From NCBI GenBank assembly GCA_024137785.1, contig JAHRHZ010000085.1, positions 14,360,609 to 14,424,608 of the forward strand: a DNA stretch of 64,000 nucleotides, read 5' to 3'. The DNA comes from Ginglymostoma cirratum. Taxonomy: Eukaryota. Below, piece by piece: positions 12,547 to 26,029 of the stretch. The position numbers and the translations under genes were made by a program. The notes beneath the pieces were generated by a model. It was not told the DNA's origin, made no database searches, and saw only the letters and a list, made by a program, of their open reading frames with translations. The stretch's first letter is position 1. Each line of letters begins with the position of its first letter.

Positions 12547-14975
12547 TGAAATAACTGCATAGAGGCTGGTATCCCATCACCAAGACACCCTTTAACTGCA
12601 TATGCACCGTACGTGGTCTCTGACCAGCCAGCTCAGAGCCAGTTCCTAGAGGGAGGACACTTTCTGAGACTCCTGTTTATATCCGTCAGCCAGGGCTCCC
12701 TGATTAGCCCAGTTTAACAGCCCCAATCAGGGATCTTATAGTCAATGAGATCCACCTGACTTTGTTCCGTTCACTACATTCCTTCCCCACAAGGCTGAGA
12801 ATGTAGGCTTGTTCTTTCTCTTGTAACTTCTCTTGGGACGTACTCGCCACAGATCCAGTTCCTCCGACTCTGCCTCAGACACGGGCGGTGTGAACCAGAC
12901 TGTAGCCCATCTCATGCACCCAGAGCATCTCAGGGGGGGCTTCCTCCTCCTCTTCTGGCGGTGATGGTATTGAGGCCACGCCCATCTCAGACTCTGAGGT
13001 TTCTTCGACATTAGGGGGAGGAGGAGAAGCCTTGGTTTCTGACAGCCTTTCTGGCTGTTCCCAGGGGTCAGGTATGTTTTCCTCCCCCCCTATTATGATG
13101 TAACAGCTTTCACGTGACCCACATATTTGTTCAGGACCACCTCGCCTACCCAAGCTTTGTATGTCGCGGGACCTGACTTTGTGTCGACCTCATCTTGTCC
13201 CCCAGGCAGGGCCATTTCCCTGGTTTTGACACTTAAACTTCATTCCCTGAAGTAAAATGTCCAGCATTGGTGTTGCTGATGCCGTTTCACCCTCAACCCC
13301 AGATCTAGGAAAATCTGGTTTAACCTGATGCTGAGTCTTCTCCCCAACAGCAGCTCTGCTGGAGTTATACCTGTAGTTGCATGAAGGGTGGTCCTATATT
13401 CAAATAGGAACCAGGACAGTTTGGTATCGAATGAAACTGTAGGCTGTTTCTTTCAGCCTGAGTTCAACATTTGGACTGTTCTTTCACCAGGCCGTTGGGT
13501 GATGGATGATATGAAGCTGTCCTTACATTTGAATGCCATTTGACTTCAGGAAAAGCTTGAAATCCCTGCCTGTAAATGACATCCCATTGTTTGTGACTGA
13601 CACTTCCAGGAGTCCATGTTTTGCGAATGATGCTCGCGGCTTTCTGATCGTCATCCCTGAGTTGCCAAATGAACTTTGTGCATGTCAAACCACTTTGAAT
13701 GGGCATCCACAGTGACCAAGACTACTGAGCCCATGAAAGGACTGGCATAGCTGACATCTAACCAGGTCCAATGTTTACCCTGAAATTCCCACAAAAGTGG
13801 GGGTGCAGCTGGCAGTACATTTTTCTGATGAAGGGTTTAGGCCCGAAACGTCAAGTTTTCCTGCTCCTATGATGCTGCTTGACCTGCTGTGTTCATCCAG
13901 CCCCATGCTTGTTATCTCGGATTCTCCAGCATCTGCAGTACCTTTTATCTCTGGTACATTTTTGTGCTTGTTGGCACTTTGGGCCCTGGCCCCCCCCCCC
14001 CCCCAAAGCAGCTATGTCGGCATCCAATCCTGGCCACCAGGCATGACTTCTCACTAACATCGTCATTTTGGAAATCCTTGGATGACCCTGGTGGAGTACC
14101 GCCAGTATCTGGCAACAACCTTTGCTCAGGACAATCAACCCATGGTAATGTGCCGTCCTCTATTGTGTCACTGGGCCCAGAAAGGTTTCGAATCTGATTG
14201 TCATGGCTCTTTAGTTTCCATCACAACCACCAGCTGTTTCAGTTTTACCAGGATGGGATCGTTTTGTGTCCATAGTCGGATAATGTCAGCGGTGACCGTA
14301 AGAGTGTCCAGAAAGTTCAAAACCAGAACACGCTATTCCAGGACAGGCACCACTGGTGAAGTATCTGCCAGTGGGAGGCGACTCTGCATTTGCCACTTGG
14401 CTTCCTGGATGGTGTTCCCACTTGCAATTATGTGCACAGAGAATAAGGGCCCACCACTGAATTTAACCTGAAGCTATGGGTGGCACTGCCTTCTCTTCTT
14501 TAAGTAGCCTTAGGGGTTTGCGGTCTGTTACTGTGACAAATTCCTCTCTGTAAAGGTACTAGTTGAATTTCCTCACACCGAAGATGACTGCCAAACCTTC
14601 CTTTTCTATCTGGGCTTGTTTGTGTTTGGCCTCAGCATACCTTATGGGGCGTTCCTCTCCGCCGGGTCACTGGTGAGCCAACACTACCCCAATACCATAA
14701 GGAGAGGCATTGCACGTCAGCACCACTTCCTGCTTCGGATAGTAGTGCGCCAACACCTTAGATGACGATAGCTGCTTTTTCACTTCCCTAAAGGCTACAT
14801 CTTGGCTACAGGTTCAGTTCCAAGGCTGAACCTTGTTCAATAGCAGGTGTAAGGGTGCCAAGATGGAGGCCATTTTTTTTATGAACTTTCCATAATAATT
14901 CACCAGGTACATAACTACGCTCTGGTACAGACGTTGGAGCTGGGGCTCCTTTGATCACCCTCACTTGCTCTTTCA
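12547..14975 (-). mobile_element. Gypsy LTR retrotransposon, 5'-truncated (RT end, RNase H, integrase, PPT, 232-bp 3' LTR at 12547-12778)
   Basis: LTCNASPYGIG, AQIEKEGLAVIFGVRKF, LHQGHP...RSHAWWPGLDADI, YHPSPNGL; purine tract ggggaaggaa before TGTAGTG...TTTCA LTR with TATA-like GATATAAA. Confidence 0.88.
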
Positions 14976-14996
14976 ATGAGTGTAACCTGGTTTTGT

Positions 14997-15170
14997 CATA
15001 GAATCATTGAATCCCTACAGTGTGGAAGCAGACCCTTCAGCCCAACAAGTCCACACCAACCCTCAGAGCATCCCACCCAGACCCATCCCCCTATAACCCA
15101 TGTAATCTACACATCCCTGAACGCTACGGGCAGTTTAGCATGGCCAATCCACCTAACCTGCACATCTTTG
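14997..15170 (-). mobile_element. HE1-type SINE, 3' fragment
   Basis: Reverse complement of the 3' half of the SINEs at 37452 and 49291. Confidence 0.8.
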
Positions 15171-15201
15171 ATTCACAACGTGTCATTTATTATTCACTCA
15201 C

Positions 15202-15621
15202 CAGATGCTGCTTCAATTCCAGTAAATATCAAATAAAAAGCACTTTCTTTGTGAAGAGGATTGAAGCATGATTGATGAAATGATGAATTGTTGTACAAAG
15301 TGGTGAGAGAGAAATTTTGACATTTCCCATCAGTGGACGTGGCAGCTGAATGAGAGTTTACAACATCACCTCGGGTTATGTAGAGTTGGCCAACGTGTCC
15401 TTTCCAAGTGATGCAGATTCCTGATGAAGCTTCAGGTGTAGTTGCTGCAGTATCTTGTGTACAGAATGATGCACCCTTCCAAATGAGATGGGCTTCTATT
15501 TCTAAGCCCCTTGTGGTTCCGGACACTTTCAATGAACATAGGCCTGGGCCAATGTAATGACGAGATTTATTAATGGTACTGTTCAGGTGGCCACAAAATG
15601 TAAATTCACCTCCAACTATTG
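15202..15621 (-). CDS. ADGRG1: ADGRG1-like coding exon 2, PLL (pentraxin/LNS-like) domain
   Basis: Acceptor gtatttgcAG, donor G|GTGAGT; 420 nt, phase 1-1. EFTFCGHLN and ICITWKGHVGQLYITRG match GPR56 DFRFCxQRN and FCLYWNRHAGRLHLLYG; size is close to the mammalian PLL exon as recalled. Confidence 0.85.
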
Positions 15622-15849
15622 CTGCAAATACAATCACAAGGTCAGCATTAATCAACCACGTGAGAAACTGTCTAAGAAGCTTTGTAAATTTTACGCTGTG
15701 ACTTTGCTGGAAAATTGAGGGAAATCCCACACAAATTGCATCATCAGGAATTGGTAATCAGCTAGAACAACAACTTTTAGTTCCACAGCACCTTTCGAGC
15801 GACACAAAGTTCCAATGCACTTCCCTGGAGCGCTCTCTAACAAAACTTT

Positions 15850-15995
15850 GATGCCATTGTCAGGTCACGTTGACATCAGTAAAACAAAGGTTAAAATATT
15901 CAGATATTTTTATCGGCCGGGAGTACATAATGATGGAGTCAAGTTTTGCCAGATGCGCTGTACATGTCAGGTGTTGGGGAAACTGCAACCTTCAA
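15850..15995 (+). mobile_element. Gypsy integrase zinc-finger fragment
   Basis: GHVDISKTKVKIFRYFYRPGVHNDGVKFCQMRCTCQVLGK fits the H2C2 region. Confidence 0.65.
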
Positions 15996-16382
15996 TTTTT
16001 GTTTTGATTACCACGGACCATGCTCCCTTGGCTGATGTATTGGTCCTGCTCCATGTTGAATAACATTTGGAGGAATCACTGAGCGTGGCGAGGGCACAAA
16101 ATGTACAGGATTTCAATGTCCAGCTCAGCACTGATTTAGCTGGCTGGGTCCTAAAGGACATCGCTGCTGGACTCAGTCTGTGGTAGGTAGAAAAGGAACT
16201 AACAAGAGGGAAAAACATGCTTTTCTCATCCTTCCCAATCTGCCAGCTGCAGATGCATCTGCCCATGACGGCACCAGGAAGAGTGACCAGAACATAGTCC
16301 TGGTGGAGACAAAGTCTTGCATTCACATTGTGAATAATATCCATCTTCAGGGTTTGAGTGAAGATTTGTAGCTCGGCTGCTG

Positions 16383-16519
16383 GTTGTAGATGTTGGTGTG
16401 TTCTCTGAGCTGGGAGGTTTGATAGCAGACGTTTCATCCTAGTAGATGTCACCTAGTAAGGGGACGAAATATCTGCGATCAAACCTCCCAGCTCGGTGAA
16501 CACACCAACATCTATAACA
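16383..16519. repeat. Imperfect palindrome (~58-bp arms), probably the terminus of a second Penelope family
   Basis: tgtagatgttggtgtgttc..gagctgggaggtttgat versus atcaaacctcccagctc..gaacacaccaacatcta. Confidence 0.7.
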
Positions 16520-17959
16520 TCCATTTATTGTGTGGCACTATCACTGTGCTAAATGGGACAGACCTTGAACATATTGAGCAACTCAAGACTGGGCACCCAT
16601 GGGGCGCTGAAGGTCATCAACAGCAGCTGAATTATCCTTGAGCACAATCTGCAAACTCATGTCCTGGCATATCCCCAACTCAACTATGACCATTCAACCA
16701 GGGGATCAACTCTGGGTCAATGGAGAGTGCAGGAGGGCGTGACAGGTGCAGCACCAGGCATCTGAGGTGAATCTCCCAAACAGGATGCCTTACTTGCCAA
16801 ACAGCACAAGCTGCAAATGATAGCCAGAGCTAAGCAAACCCACAACCCATCAAATAGGCTTGTAGGAGTAAATTGTATTTGCCTATCCCTATATTCAAAG
16901 AGGTATGCTTTAATGGGTGGGTTACAGGAGAAAGGGTTGGTAAAGAGGCTTAGGATTTCAGTGAGACAATTTCAGATTATGGGACCTTATTGATGAAGGG
17001 AAGGGGGCCAATGGGAAGACAAAGGGTGATGAGATGCACAAGATCGTGAGAGAGAGAAATGGAGAGGACTGGACGGTGATAGCTGCAGGGCTGAAGGGGC
17101 TAACAGAGAGAGAGGAGGTACAAGACCAGGATGGGAAGTTTAAATTTGTGACTTTGGAGGATAGATGAGGGTGCAGGTCAATGGGACCTGGATGTTTATC
17201 AAACAGGATTTTGTTCAGGATTGGAATGCAGTGGGAGGAACTTGGATGAACTGAGGTTTACACAGGGTGGTAGGGGAGGGCGACCAGGAGAATCAGGAAG
17301 ATGGAACTGCCAATGAGGTGAGAAAGAGTATCAGCTCCAGATGAAATGAGGTCAGAGCAGAAATGAGGACATCGGGAGTCTTTGCGATGGAGAGGATGTG
17401 GGTTCAGAATCTCCGATTGGGGTAATTGGAACACTGAGTTTGGGAACAATTTCTTTTCCCTTCCATTGTCAAGGAGGGAGGATCACTTGAGGAACAGGTT
17501 AATAAGTGCATGATCGGGTGAAAAGGTTGAATAAATTTCACTTCGTTAAGGGTTACATTTTAATGGTGAAAGCAAACAGGAACCAAGATGTACAAAGGCA
17601 GCGAGAAGCACAGGAGCCACATTATCAGCAAGATCCACCCCCCACCTTGGGAGCAATACAGGTAGTGCCTGTGCATTACACGATGTTGTAATATATTATA
17701 TACAGCGGGGTGTTGTCGTTAACCCTGTGGAGTTGAGTTTACATTCCATGATGATATGACTAGCTGTCGTTGTATATGCGTGAAAATAAGTAAATAAGTT
17801 AACATTTCAAGTTCAGTGACCCTTCATCCAGACTTCTTAATGGATTCAAAATGTTACCTCTGTTTCTTTCTTCACCAATGCTGCCAGAACTGCTGAGTTT
17901 CTCCATTTTTTCTCTCAGATCTCCAGTATCTGGTGTTTTTTGTTTTGAGGATAGTTTTT

Positions 17960-19180
17960 CTCTTGCCTGATTAATTTGGACTTAGGTGTAAAGATTGAGA
18001 GTAATGACTCTCGGTTTGTTAGTGATACAAAGCTAGGTGGGAATGTAAGTCTTGCAAAAGGCCACAAAGAGATCATAGAATAGAGTCTTTACAGTGTGTT
18101 AACAGGCCATTCAGCCGATTGAGTCCACACTGCCCTTCCCAGGAGCATACCACCCGGATCCAACCGCCTACCCTATCCCTGTAACCATTCATTCCCCATG
18201 GCTAATTCACCTAACCTGAACATCCCTGGACTCAATGAGGGAATTTAGCATGGCCAATCCACCTAACCTGCATGTCTTTGGACTGTGGGAAGAAACTGAG
18301 CACCCAGTGGAAACTCACACAGGCACAAGGAAAACATGTCAACTCCACATGGACATTCACCCAAAGCTGGAATCAAACTCATGTACCTGGCGCTGTGAGG
18401 CAGCAGAGCTAACCACAAAGCCACTGTGCCATTCACAGATGATGGATAGGTTAACTGAAAGTGCAACAAAATGGCAGATATGATATAATGTGGGCAAGTG
18501 AAGGTTAGTCACTTACCATAAAAACAGAAAAGCAAAATGATTTTGAAGGTCATGAAGCCTGTCAATGTTGATGCTCAGAGAGTCTCAGATCAAGTTGTAT
18601 AAGGAGAACGTTAACATGTCAGTGTAGCAAGCAATTAGGAAGACAAATGGCATATTGACGTTTCTTGCAAGGAGATTGGAGGATAAGAACAAATAAGTCC
18701 TGCTACAATGGTATGGGATTCTGGAGATATTACAGCTGCAGTATTGCACTGAATTTTGGTCTGCATATCTGAGAAAGGATGTACTGGACTTCGTAGTGGT
18801 ACGAAAGAATGAAGGGTGATCTCATTGAAACATACAGGACTCTCAAAGGTGGGCTTGTTAAGATACACACGAAGAGATCATTTCCCTTGGATATGAATCC
18901 AGTACATAGAGGCATAGCCTCAGAAAAGGGGCCAAATGTTTAGGACTAAGATGAGGAGAAATTTCTTCATGTCTTCACTTATCAGGCTTTGGAATTGCCT
19001 ACCTCAGGATGTTCCATCACTGTTCAAGACAGATATTGATCGATTCTTGATTGGTTCGTGAATTGAGGGACATGGGAAACGGGCAGGGAAATGGAGTTGA
19101 GGTAGATGATCAGCCCTGGCCACATTGAATAACACTGCAGTCTCAAAGGGGCTGCTCCTATTTAATAAGTCCTTACATTT
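17960..19180 (+). mobile_element. Old CR1 fragment with nested HE1-type SINE (18074-18430, minus)
   Basis: Degenerate FVSDTKLGG, KWQI*YNV and KGDLIETY motifs on either side of the SINE. Confidence 0.75.
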
Positions 19181-19853
19181 TTGAACAGTCTGTCAATGTA
19201 GAGGCAATAGATAGATCGAGAGGGAAAACTAGCATTGTTAAGTTATCCTGTTATTTTGATGAAATGAGCTTGGCTGAGATTTTGCACTGGAAGATCATCG
19301 CATGTTTAGAGAGTTCACAATATTCCCTCCTGCTGCCATGTCTGTTCACTTCCTCAGCCTGAGCCTGTCAGCAAGGAAGTAGCTCAGGAACACAATCTCA
19401 TGTAATATGCTAGTCATTAAGAAAGACTTTAATAAAACTGGAAGACTTTGCTGCAGTGGAACTTAGCAGACTTTTATAGTCACTGCAGGAAAATAGAGGA
19501 TTCAGGAAGATAAATTAACTCATGAAGTTTCTAATCTTTTAGTCCGTTATTGCACTCCAGTATTTGTCTTCTATCTTTGTTTCTGTAATTATCTTAGCTA
19601 TTTTATCCTGTATAAAGCAGTGTAGCATAGTGTTCATTTTCTGTCTTTTCTTTTAACTTTTGATTATGGGAAATGTACAGAAATCACATTACATAATGTT
19701 GTGATTAGTTAGTGTCAACGTTCGTATTGAGATGCACAATTCATTTGGCTTGAATCCACGTTTCCCATTTGATAACCAGCCTGACACAACCATTGAGAAT
19801 AAAATAGGATTTTAAATGAAGTAAAACAAAGGAAGTGATAAGAAATGAATTAC

Positions 19854-19938
19854 CTTTTCCAATGTGAAAGCTGAAGAAATGAAAGAGAAGACATCGATAG
19901 TTCGTCAGTCTGTGATAGGGACTTGCTTTGAGAGGCAT
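19854..19938 (-). CDS. ADGRG1: ADGRG1-like coding exon 1, signal peptide (exon starts at 19957 with 19 nt of 5' UTR)
   Basis: MPLKASPYHRLTNYRCLLFHFFSFHIGK, phase-1 donor G|GTAATT joining the PLL exon in frame (…IGKAIVGGEFTFCG); in-frame TAA two codons before the ATG; acceptor ttttccAG implies an upstream non-coding exon that was not located. Confidence 0.65.
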
Positions 19939-20019
19939 CTTTTACTGGATTCGTCCTCTGGAAAATCAACATTGTGAGTATGACAGCACAGGGTGAGTAT
20001 CACACAAATGATGGTTAGA

Positions 20020-21190
20020 AACTTGGAAAATAGGAGCAAGAGTAGGCCATTTGGCCCTTTGTGTCTGATCTGCTGTCATTCAATATGATCATGGCTGATC
20101 ATCCAGCTCAGTACGCTGTCCCTGCTTTCTCCCCATAGTTTTTGAGCTCTTTAGGCCGAAGTGCTCTATCTAACTCCTTCAAACATTCAGTGTTTTGGCC
20201 TCAGCTGCTTTCTGTGCCAGAAAATTCCATGAGATCACCACTCTGGGGGTGAAGACACTTCTCCTTGTCACAGTGCTAAATGGCCTACTCCTATCCTTAG
20301 ACAGTCATCACTGTTTCTGGATTCCCCGGTCATCGGGAACATCCCTAGGGCATTTACCCTGTCTAGTCCTGTGAAAATTTTATTGGTTTCTATGAGATCC
20401 TCCCTCATTCTCTAAATTCCGGTGAATATGATCCTGACCAATCCAGTTTCTCTTCATACATCAGCTCTGGCATCTCAGGAATCAGTCTGATAAACCTTTG
20501 TTGCTCTCCTTCCACAACCAGAACATCCTTCCTCAGGTAAGGGGACACAATACTCCAGGTGTGGTCTTACCAAGGCCCTGTATAACAGCAGTAAGACATC
20601 CCTACTCCTGGAATCCGTTTACTATGAAGGCCAATATAGCATTTGCCTTCTTCACCACCGGCTGCAGCTGTAAGCTCACTCTCAGTGAATGGTGTACAAG
20701 GACGCCTAGGTCTCATTGCACTTCTCTCCTTCCCAATCTATTGGCAGCCAGATAACAATTTCTGAAGAAGTGTCCTGACCCGAAACGTCAACTTTTCTGC
20801 TCCTCTGATGCTGCCTGGCCTGCTGTGTTCCTCCAGCTCCACGCTGTGTTGTCCCAGATAATAATCTTCCAGTTTTTGCTGCCAAAGTGGATGATCTCAC
20901 ATTTATCCCCCGTTATACTTCATCTGTCATGCATTTGCCCATTCACTCACTTTGTCTAAATAACAATGAAGCATCACTGCATGCTTCTCACAGCTCACAT
21001 GCCCACCCAGATTTGTGTCATCTGCAAACTTGGAGTTATTACATTTACATTTAAGTCATTGATCTATATTGTGAATGACTGGGTCCTTGCACTGAATCCT
21101 GCAGTACCCCACTAATCACTGCCTACCACTCGGAAAAGATCCAATTATTCCCACACTTTGTTTTCTGTCTATCAACCATTCTCTATCTAT
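20020..21190 (-). mobile_element. CR1 LINE 3' portion with Penelope-end insertion (~20760-20852)
   Basis: KFADDTNL near 21010-21030; CR1 3' UTR; insertion flanked by a ccagataa(c/t)aat duplication. Confidence 0.8.
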
Positions 21191-24100
21191 GTTCCACCTG
21201 AAATCACTGTGATTGGTGAATTTTTGTGGGGGAGATCATTGTGATTTTGACGGAGAGAAAAGCTCAGGTGCAGTAGTCAGCCTGCTGGGACTCAGCTGTG
21301 AGAGACCAAGTGAAACAGGGAACGATAGAGGCTAAGGGCAGCTCATCTGTCCTTGTTAGTTCATGGCCAGAGACTGGAAATAAAAATGTAGCCTCGGCTC
21401 GAAATTAAACAGAGATTTTTGGAATTAATCAATTTGAATCGATTGTCATGGTCCATCATTTATTCAGGTGTAAAATTGGGTTGTAATACCTTCAGGTTCT
21501 CAATTAATCACAAAGCTGGCTTGGGTATTGATGTGGAAAAGCTTGAGATGCAGGAAGTTAATGGGTCATTTGATCCACCATTCCCTCCCCTCACTCTTTG
21601 TTGGAGTGATGTGAAGCTAATCCCACTGCCCTGGGCCCTCTCCATAACCACCCGTCAGTCTCTGTTTTAAATACCTGCCCCACCCCAGGAGGTTCTGGAT
21701 GAGCAGGAAAGGAGTCACAATATTGTAACTTCAATGGTATAATGTCATGGTAACAGCCATTTTACATACATATGATCCAAATCATAAAGCGACCAAATGC
21801 AATCTTTAACTATGCTGTTATTCCTCCTAAAGTTTACAGCTTGTATAGTTCAACATGTTACGATCACAGAATAAAGATATACCATTTAGGAAAAATGAGA
21901 CTCCCCCCTCCACCATTCCATGCAAACAGGCAATTGGAAAATACAAATTTTAAGCTGCGTCTGCTGGGCTATTGGCATCATTGTTTGACGCAGTGATTTG
22001 GATGCAATGGGTTTGAAGAGGTGTTTAAGGTTTAAGCTTGGGGATATGGTTATGGGTGAGTAGTTAGGCTGAAGATGTTGATGTTGGCTTTAGCAGCTGG
22101 GAATGGAGCTTCCTTTAACATCAAAGATGGTGATTAATGGGGTGATGGAGGTTTCCCTCACCGACTGGACAGTCAGTAGCTAGGAGCCCTGGGTTACCCA
22201 GAAAAGGCCTACACAGGCATGTTACTGGCTCAATGGTTGGCCTTCCCTCGGTCAAGGACCCCGGGTGGACGGTACCACTCCCAGGAAGGCTGCTGATGAA
22301 TCAGAGGCTGGAGACTGTATTGATGGACAGACCCAACAAGGGGGACCCACACCCCAGGCCTAGTGTTGTTGTTAGATCCCCAAGCCACAGATGAGTGACT
22401 TTGGATGGAGAGGTGCACTGAGGAGCATAGAGAAATGTGGTCATCAGCAGAAGCAATGGGGTAGCTCTCAGTGGGCCCCCACCTCCATCCTAATCCAAGT
22501 CTCTCAATCTGATACTAGGGGCCTTTGAATGAGAGACAACTCTGGGAGTCCACAAGGATGTACCCTTTCCCCCAACCTCACATCCCGGTGGTGGGATAAG
22601 GTCATTGTGTGTGCTTTAAGGGCTGCGATTGGAGGCTAGGACAGAAAGCTGTTCAGGGGGTCCTCCGCCACAACATTAATGGGGTGGAGGCAGATAGATG
22701 GCTGTGCTTCAACCCAATTAAATACCGCTCTGCCATCAAATTCACCATTGGAGGTGGCATTCAGTTCTGCCACAAGAATTGGGGTTAATCTAGGGGTGAG
22801 TGGTTAAACAAAGGTTTAACTGTTGGACCGTAAGTATAGAAAGCATGGTTAACAGGGCTATCTTAGCAGCAGATCATGTTCATCCTGCAGTGGGCAACAC
22901 AATGAACATGACTGCATTCTTTCAAGTATTGCACAATAGTAAATACAATTTAAACACAATTAAAAATACAGTTACAGAACAAACAGACTGAATTGGGTGG
23001 GGGTTATTTAGTAAAGGATCTGAGGATGATGATAGACAAATAATTTTGAATTATCTGAACAATATGAAAGAAAATGGACTTAATGGAGCTTTGGTATGAC
23101 ATGGGCAGAATACTGGACTGTTAGTGCTTAAAAAGTGGGACCAAGGGCTTTACAAATGTTGTGGTCAGATCCTATTTGGATTATTGTTTTCACTTCTGGT
23201 TATCAGAACACAGAGAGTATTTTCTTACGTTGGAGAGGACGCAGGGATGGCCAGTAAGTCTGATCTCCAATTGCAAGGAGAAAAACTGAGAGACACAAAC
23301 TGATCACAGTCTTAAATGACATCTGAGAGATTATCATCAAGGTGTATAAGATGTTCAATATTCCAGACAAGGTGAGCCCACACAATAATCTCAAGTATGT
23401 AAGGAAGACTGTGACTAGAATACACACATTAATATTCCATGTGTTATAATTCAAGACAGCCATGAGGTAGAACATCTTGATTAAGGAGCAAACAGAAAAA
23501 AATTAGAACATTCTTTCACACAGCAAAGTGAAAGCAAATGGGGCAGCCTAATGTCAACCAGGTGCCTAAATGTTCAATATAAGTGAGAATGATCTTGCCT
23601 AACACATGCCCAGTGTGACGTAATCTGTGTACCTCTGTCTAAGTTTTTTTTGTTGCCCTATGATCTATATTTCTTTGCTTACTACGATCTGCCTGTACCG
23701 CTCGTAAATAAAGCTTTTTAACTGTACTTAGTTACATGTGACAATTAATCAATCAAAATGTCTCACTCACCATACTGTAACAATAAAGGGATCAGCAAGT
23801 TACATTTCACTGATCACAACTTGAGATGCTGGGTCAATGGGAAAAATGTCTTGAACATAAAAATGTAATGGTGAATCTGTATAAAGTTTATGAATATGCA
23901 GTTAGAGTGCTGGGTATTGTTTTAGCCTTTAGACTATAGGAAGAATGTTAATACAATGAGAAGTGTACAGATAAATTAGATGTACTATAGTAACTTATCA
24001 AAGCTCCTCTGACAGCATCTTCCAACTCTGAAAAATACCACCCACTTGATACATGTGAACACCATCATCTGCAAGATTCTGTGTAAGACATCCAAGTCCT

Positions 24101-25069
24101 GGGACTCCCTTCCTATCCGCACTTTGAGTTTCCCCTACACCACAAGCAATATAACGCTTCAAGACAGCAGCTTAGCACCATCTGCTTAAGGGTAATTAGG
24201 AGGGGGACAATAAATCTTGGTCTAGTCAGCAGTGTTCACATCCAGTGAACAAAGAAAAATATTTAATGAGGGTTCTGCCTGGAGTGGGCAAATATAAATA
24301 TGGAAACTTCAACAACTTGCCAGGGAAACTGAGCCAATCACTTTGAAGTTCACACCCATCAAACCAGGAAGTTCAAAACTTATTCCTTTAGCTTTCAATT
24401 TAAATCTTCAGATACTGAAATAAATGACAATGATTGGGTTAAGAGATAAGTTAAAAATAATAAAACTCAAAAAGAAAACAACTTTTTTTTTAGAAAATGG
24501 GAAATATTTTAATACTATGAAGAGATTGACTTTCCCAAATATAAAATTGACTTAGTTAGGGTTTGTGAGGTGTTTAGTGATAGTTATGAAGTTCATACAC
24601 CATTAAAAATGCACTTCAACTTCATTTCAGGTATAATTTTTTCAAAAGGTCTTTTCTGTATGGTTACCTATCAAAGTGGATAGTTTCATTAAAGTATGAT
24701 TGTAATGCAGAACTCTGTATACCACACCCTATGGAACTGAAAGCAACTTCTTATTGTCCCAATTATTTCTTTCAGGCATAGGCTCCCGAAGTTGCTGTCA
24801 GTTTCAGTGGAGAAATGATGGCACACTTTGACAATTCCATTAGTGCCATTACCACAGCAAATACCAACTCGTAGAAACTGGATAGGGATTTTGTTAACCA
24901 GAAAATCATCTTCAAATGTGGGATTAAAATCCCAGCATCTGTGCAGAGTGGATTGCCAAGTGAGTGAGCCACAGCAACATCCACAAAGACCAGAAGGAAC
25001 ATTGATGCATTCAGTTAACCCTCTCTCCCCAATCTTAGGAAGAGGAGTTTAGAGGTTTCTGAGAACATG

Positions 25070-25830
25070 AGAGTCACACCCAAAGTTGTGCACCGATCCC
25101 ACCCTCAACAATGTGATGCCCTCCTGCAGGTCCCACTAATCCTGGCAGGGTCAGTGTTGCAAGGAAATGTGAGACACAATAACAGGCCAAGAAATTCAGC
25201 AACAATTTGCATAACCGCCCATGAAACAGTGCATTGATCAGGGGAATTCAGTGTTTGTAAGACGTTATTAGTCATTGTACTTATAAAAGCTCACTCAAAA
25301 CCTTACACACAAGATCCTCAGAAAATGATTATGAAATCTCCGGTGTACCACACCACACACTTATATTCAGTACTTTCCAAACATTGCAGAAAATAGGATG
25401 AACCCATAACATTCGTGACTTCTAACTCTGTGTTTGTTTAGTGTTTGGATTTAACTCAGGAAGGTTAGGTCGATGACAATGAATTTACCAAGTAGGATTA
25501 CAATTCACATGTCATCCTGCCCTTAAACAGTGAAAATGCATAGTTTAAAAACATAAATGAAGCAATATCAACTCCTTATTTGTGAGTTCCTGATCCTGGA
25601 CGCTGCGTGTGAACAAACAATGCAGGGATTTTTTTGTGCTGGAAATTTGCCTAAGCTGTCAATTTTGCATAAACAATTTTGAGTTCCTGGAATAATGGAA
25701 ACTAGATTTGTTATTCAAATGTAATGTAAATGAACTGTCACACGTGACCAGCCGGTATTCTTGATCTGGACTTTTATCTGCTGGAGATGTCTCCCATTAA
25801 TGGACCAAAAGAATATGAACAACCACTGAG
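25070..25830 (-). pseudogene. Decayed membrane-anchored chemokine-like (CX3CL1-like) relic, copy A
   Basis: Hydrophobic leader-like VVVHILLV (~25800-25826); exon 25580-25686 after ttccAG (TQNCLCKIDSLGKFP, donor mutated to ATAAGG); FLGLLLCL at 25171-25194; SLQH*PCQD*WDLQEGI at 25115-25165. Confidence 0.45.
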
Positions 25831-26029
25831 CCAAATGAGAATTGGATAGACTAGGTTATTTTCTGATATCATTAGGCATTTATGTGACTCATACAGTAAG
25901 ACTACTTGAACTAGATATCAATATTGTAACGGTTTCAAAGGATCAGTTTAATGGGTAAAAATTCTGCAGAAACGAGGATAACACTGAACACAAACATTAT
26001 TAAGAGTTTAATTGAACATAATATATGAA

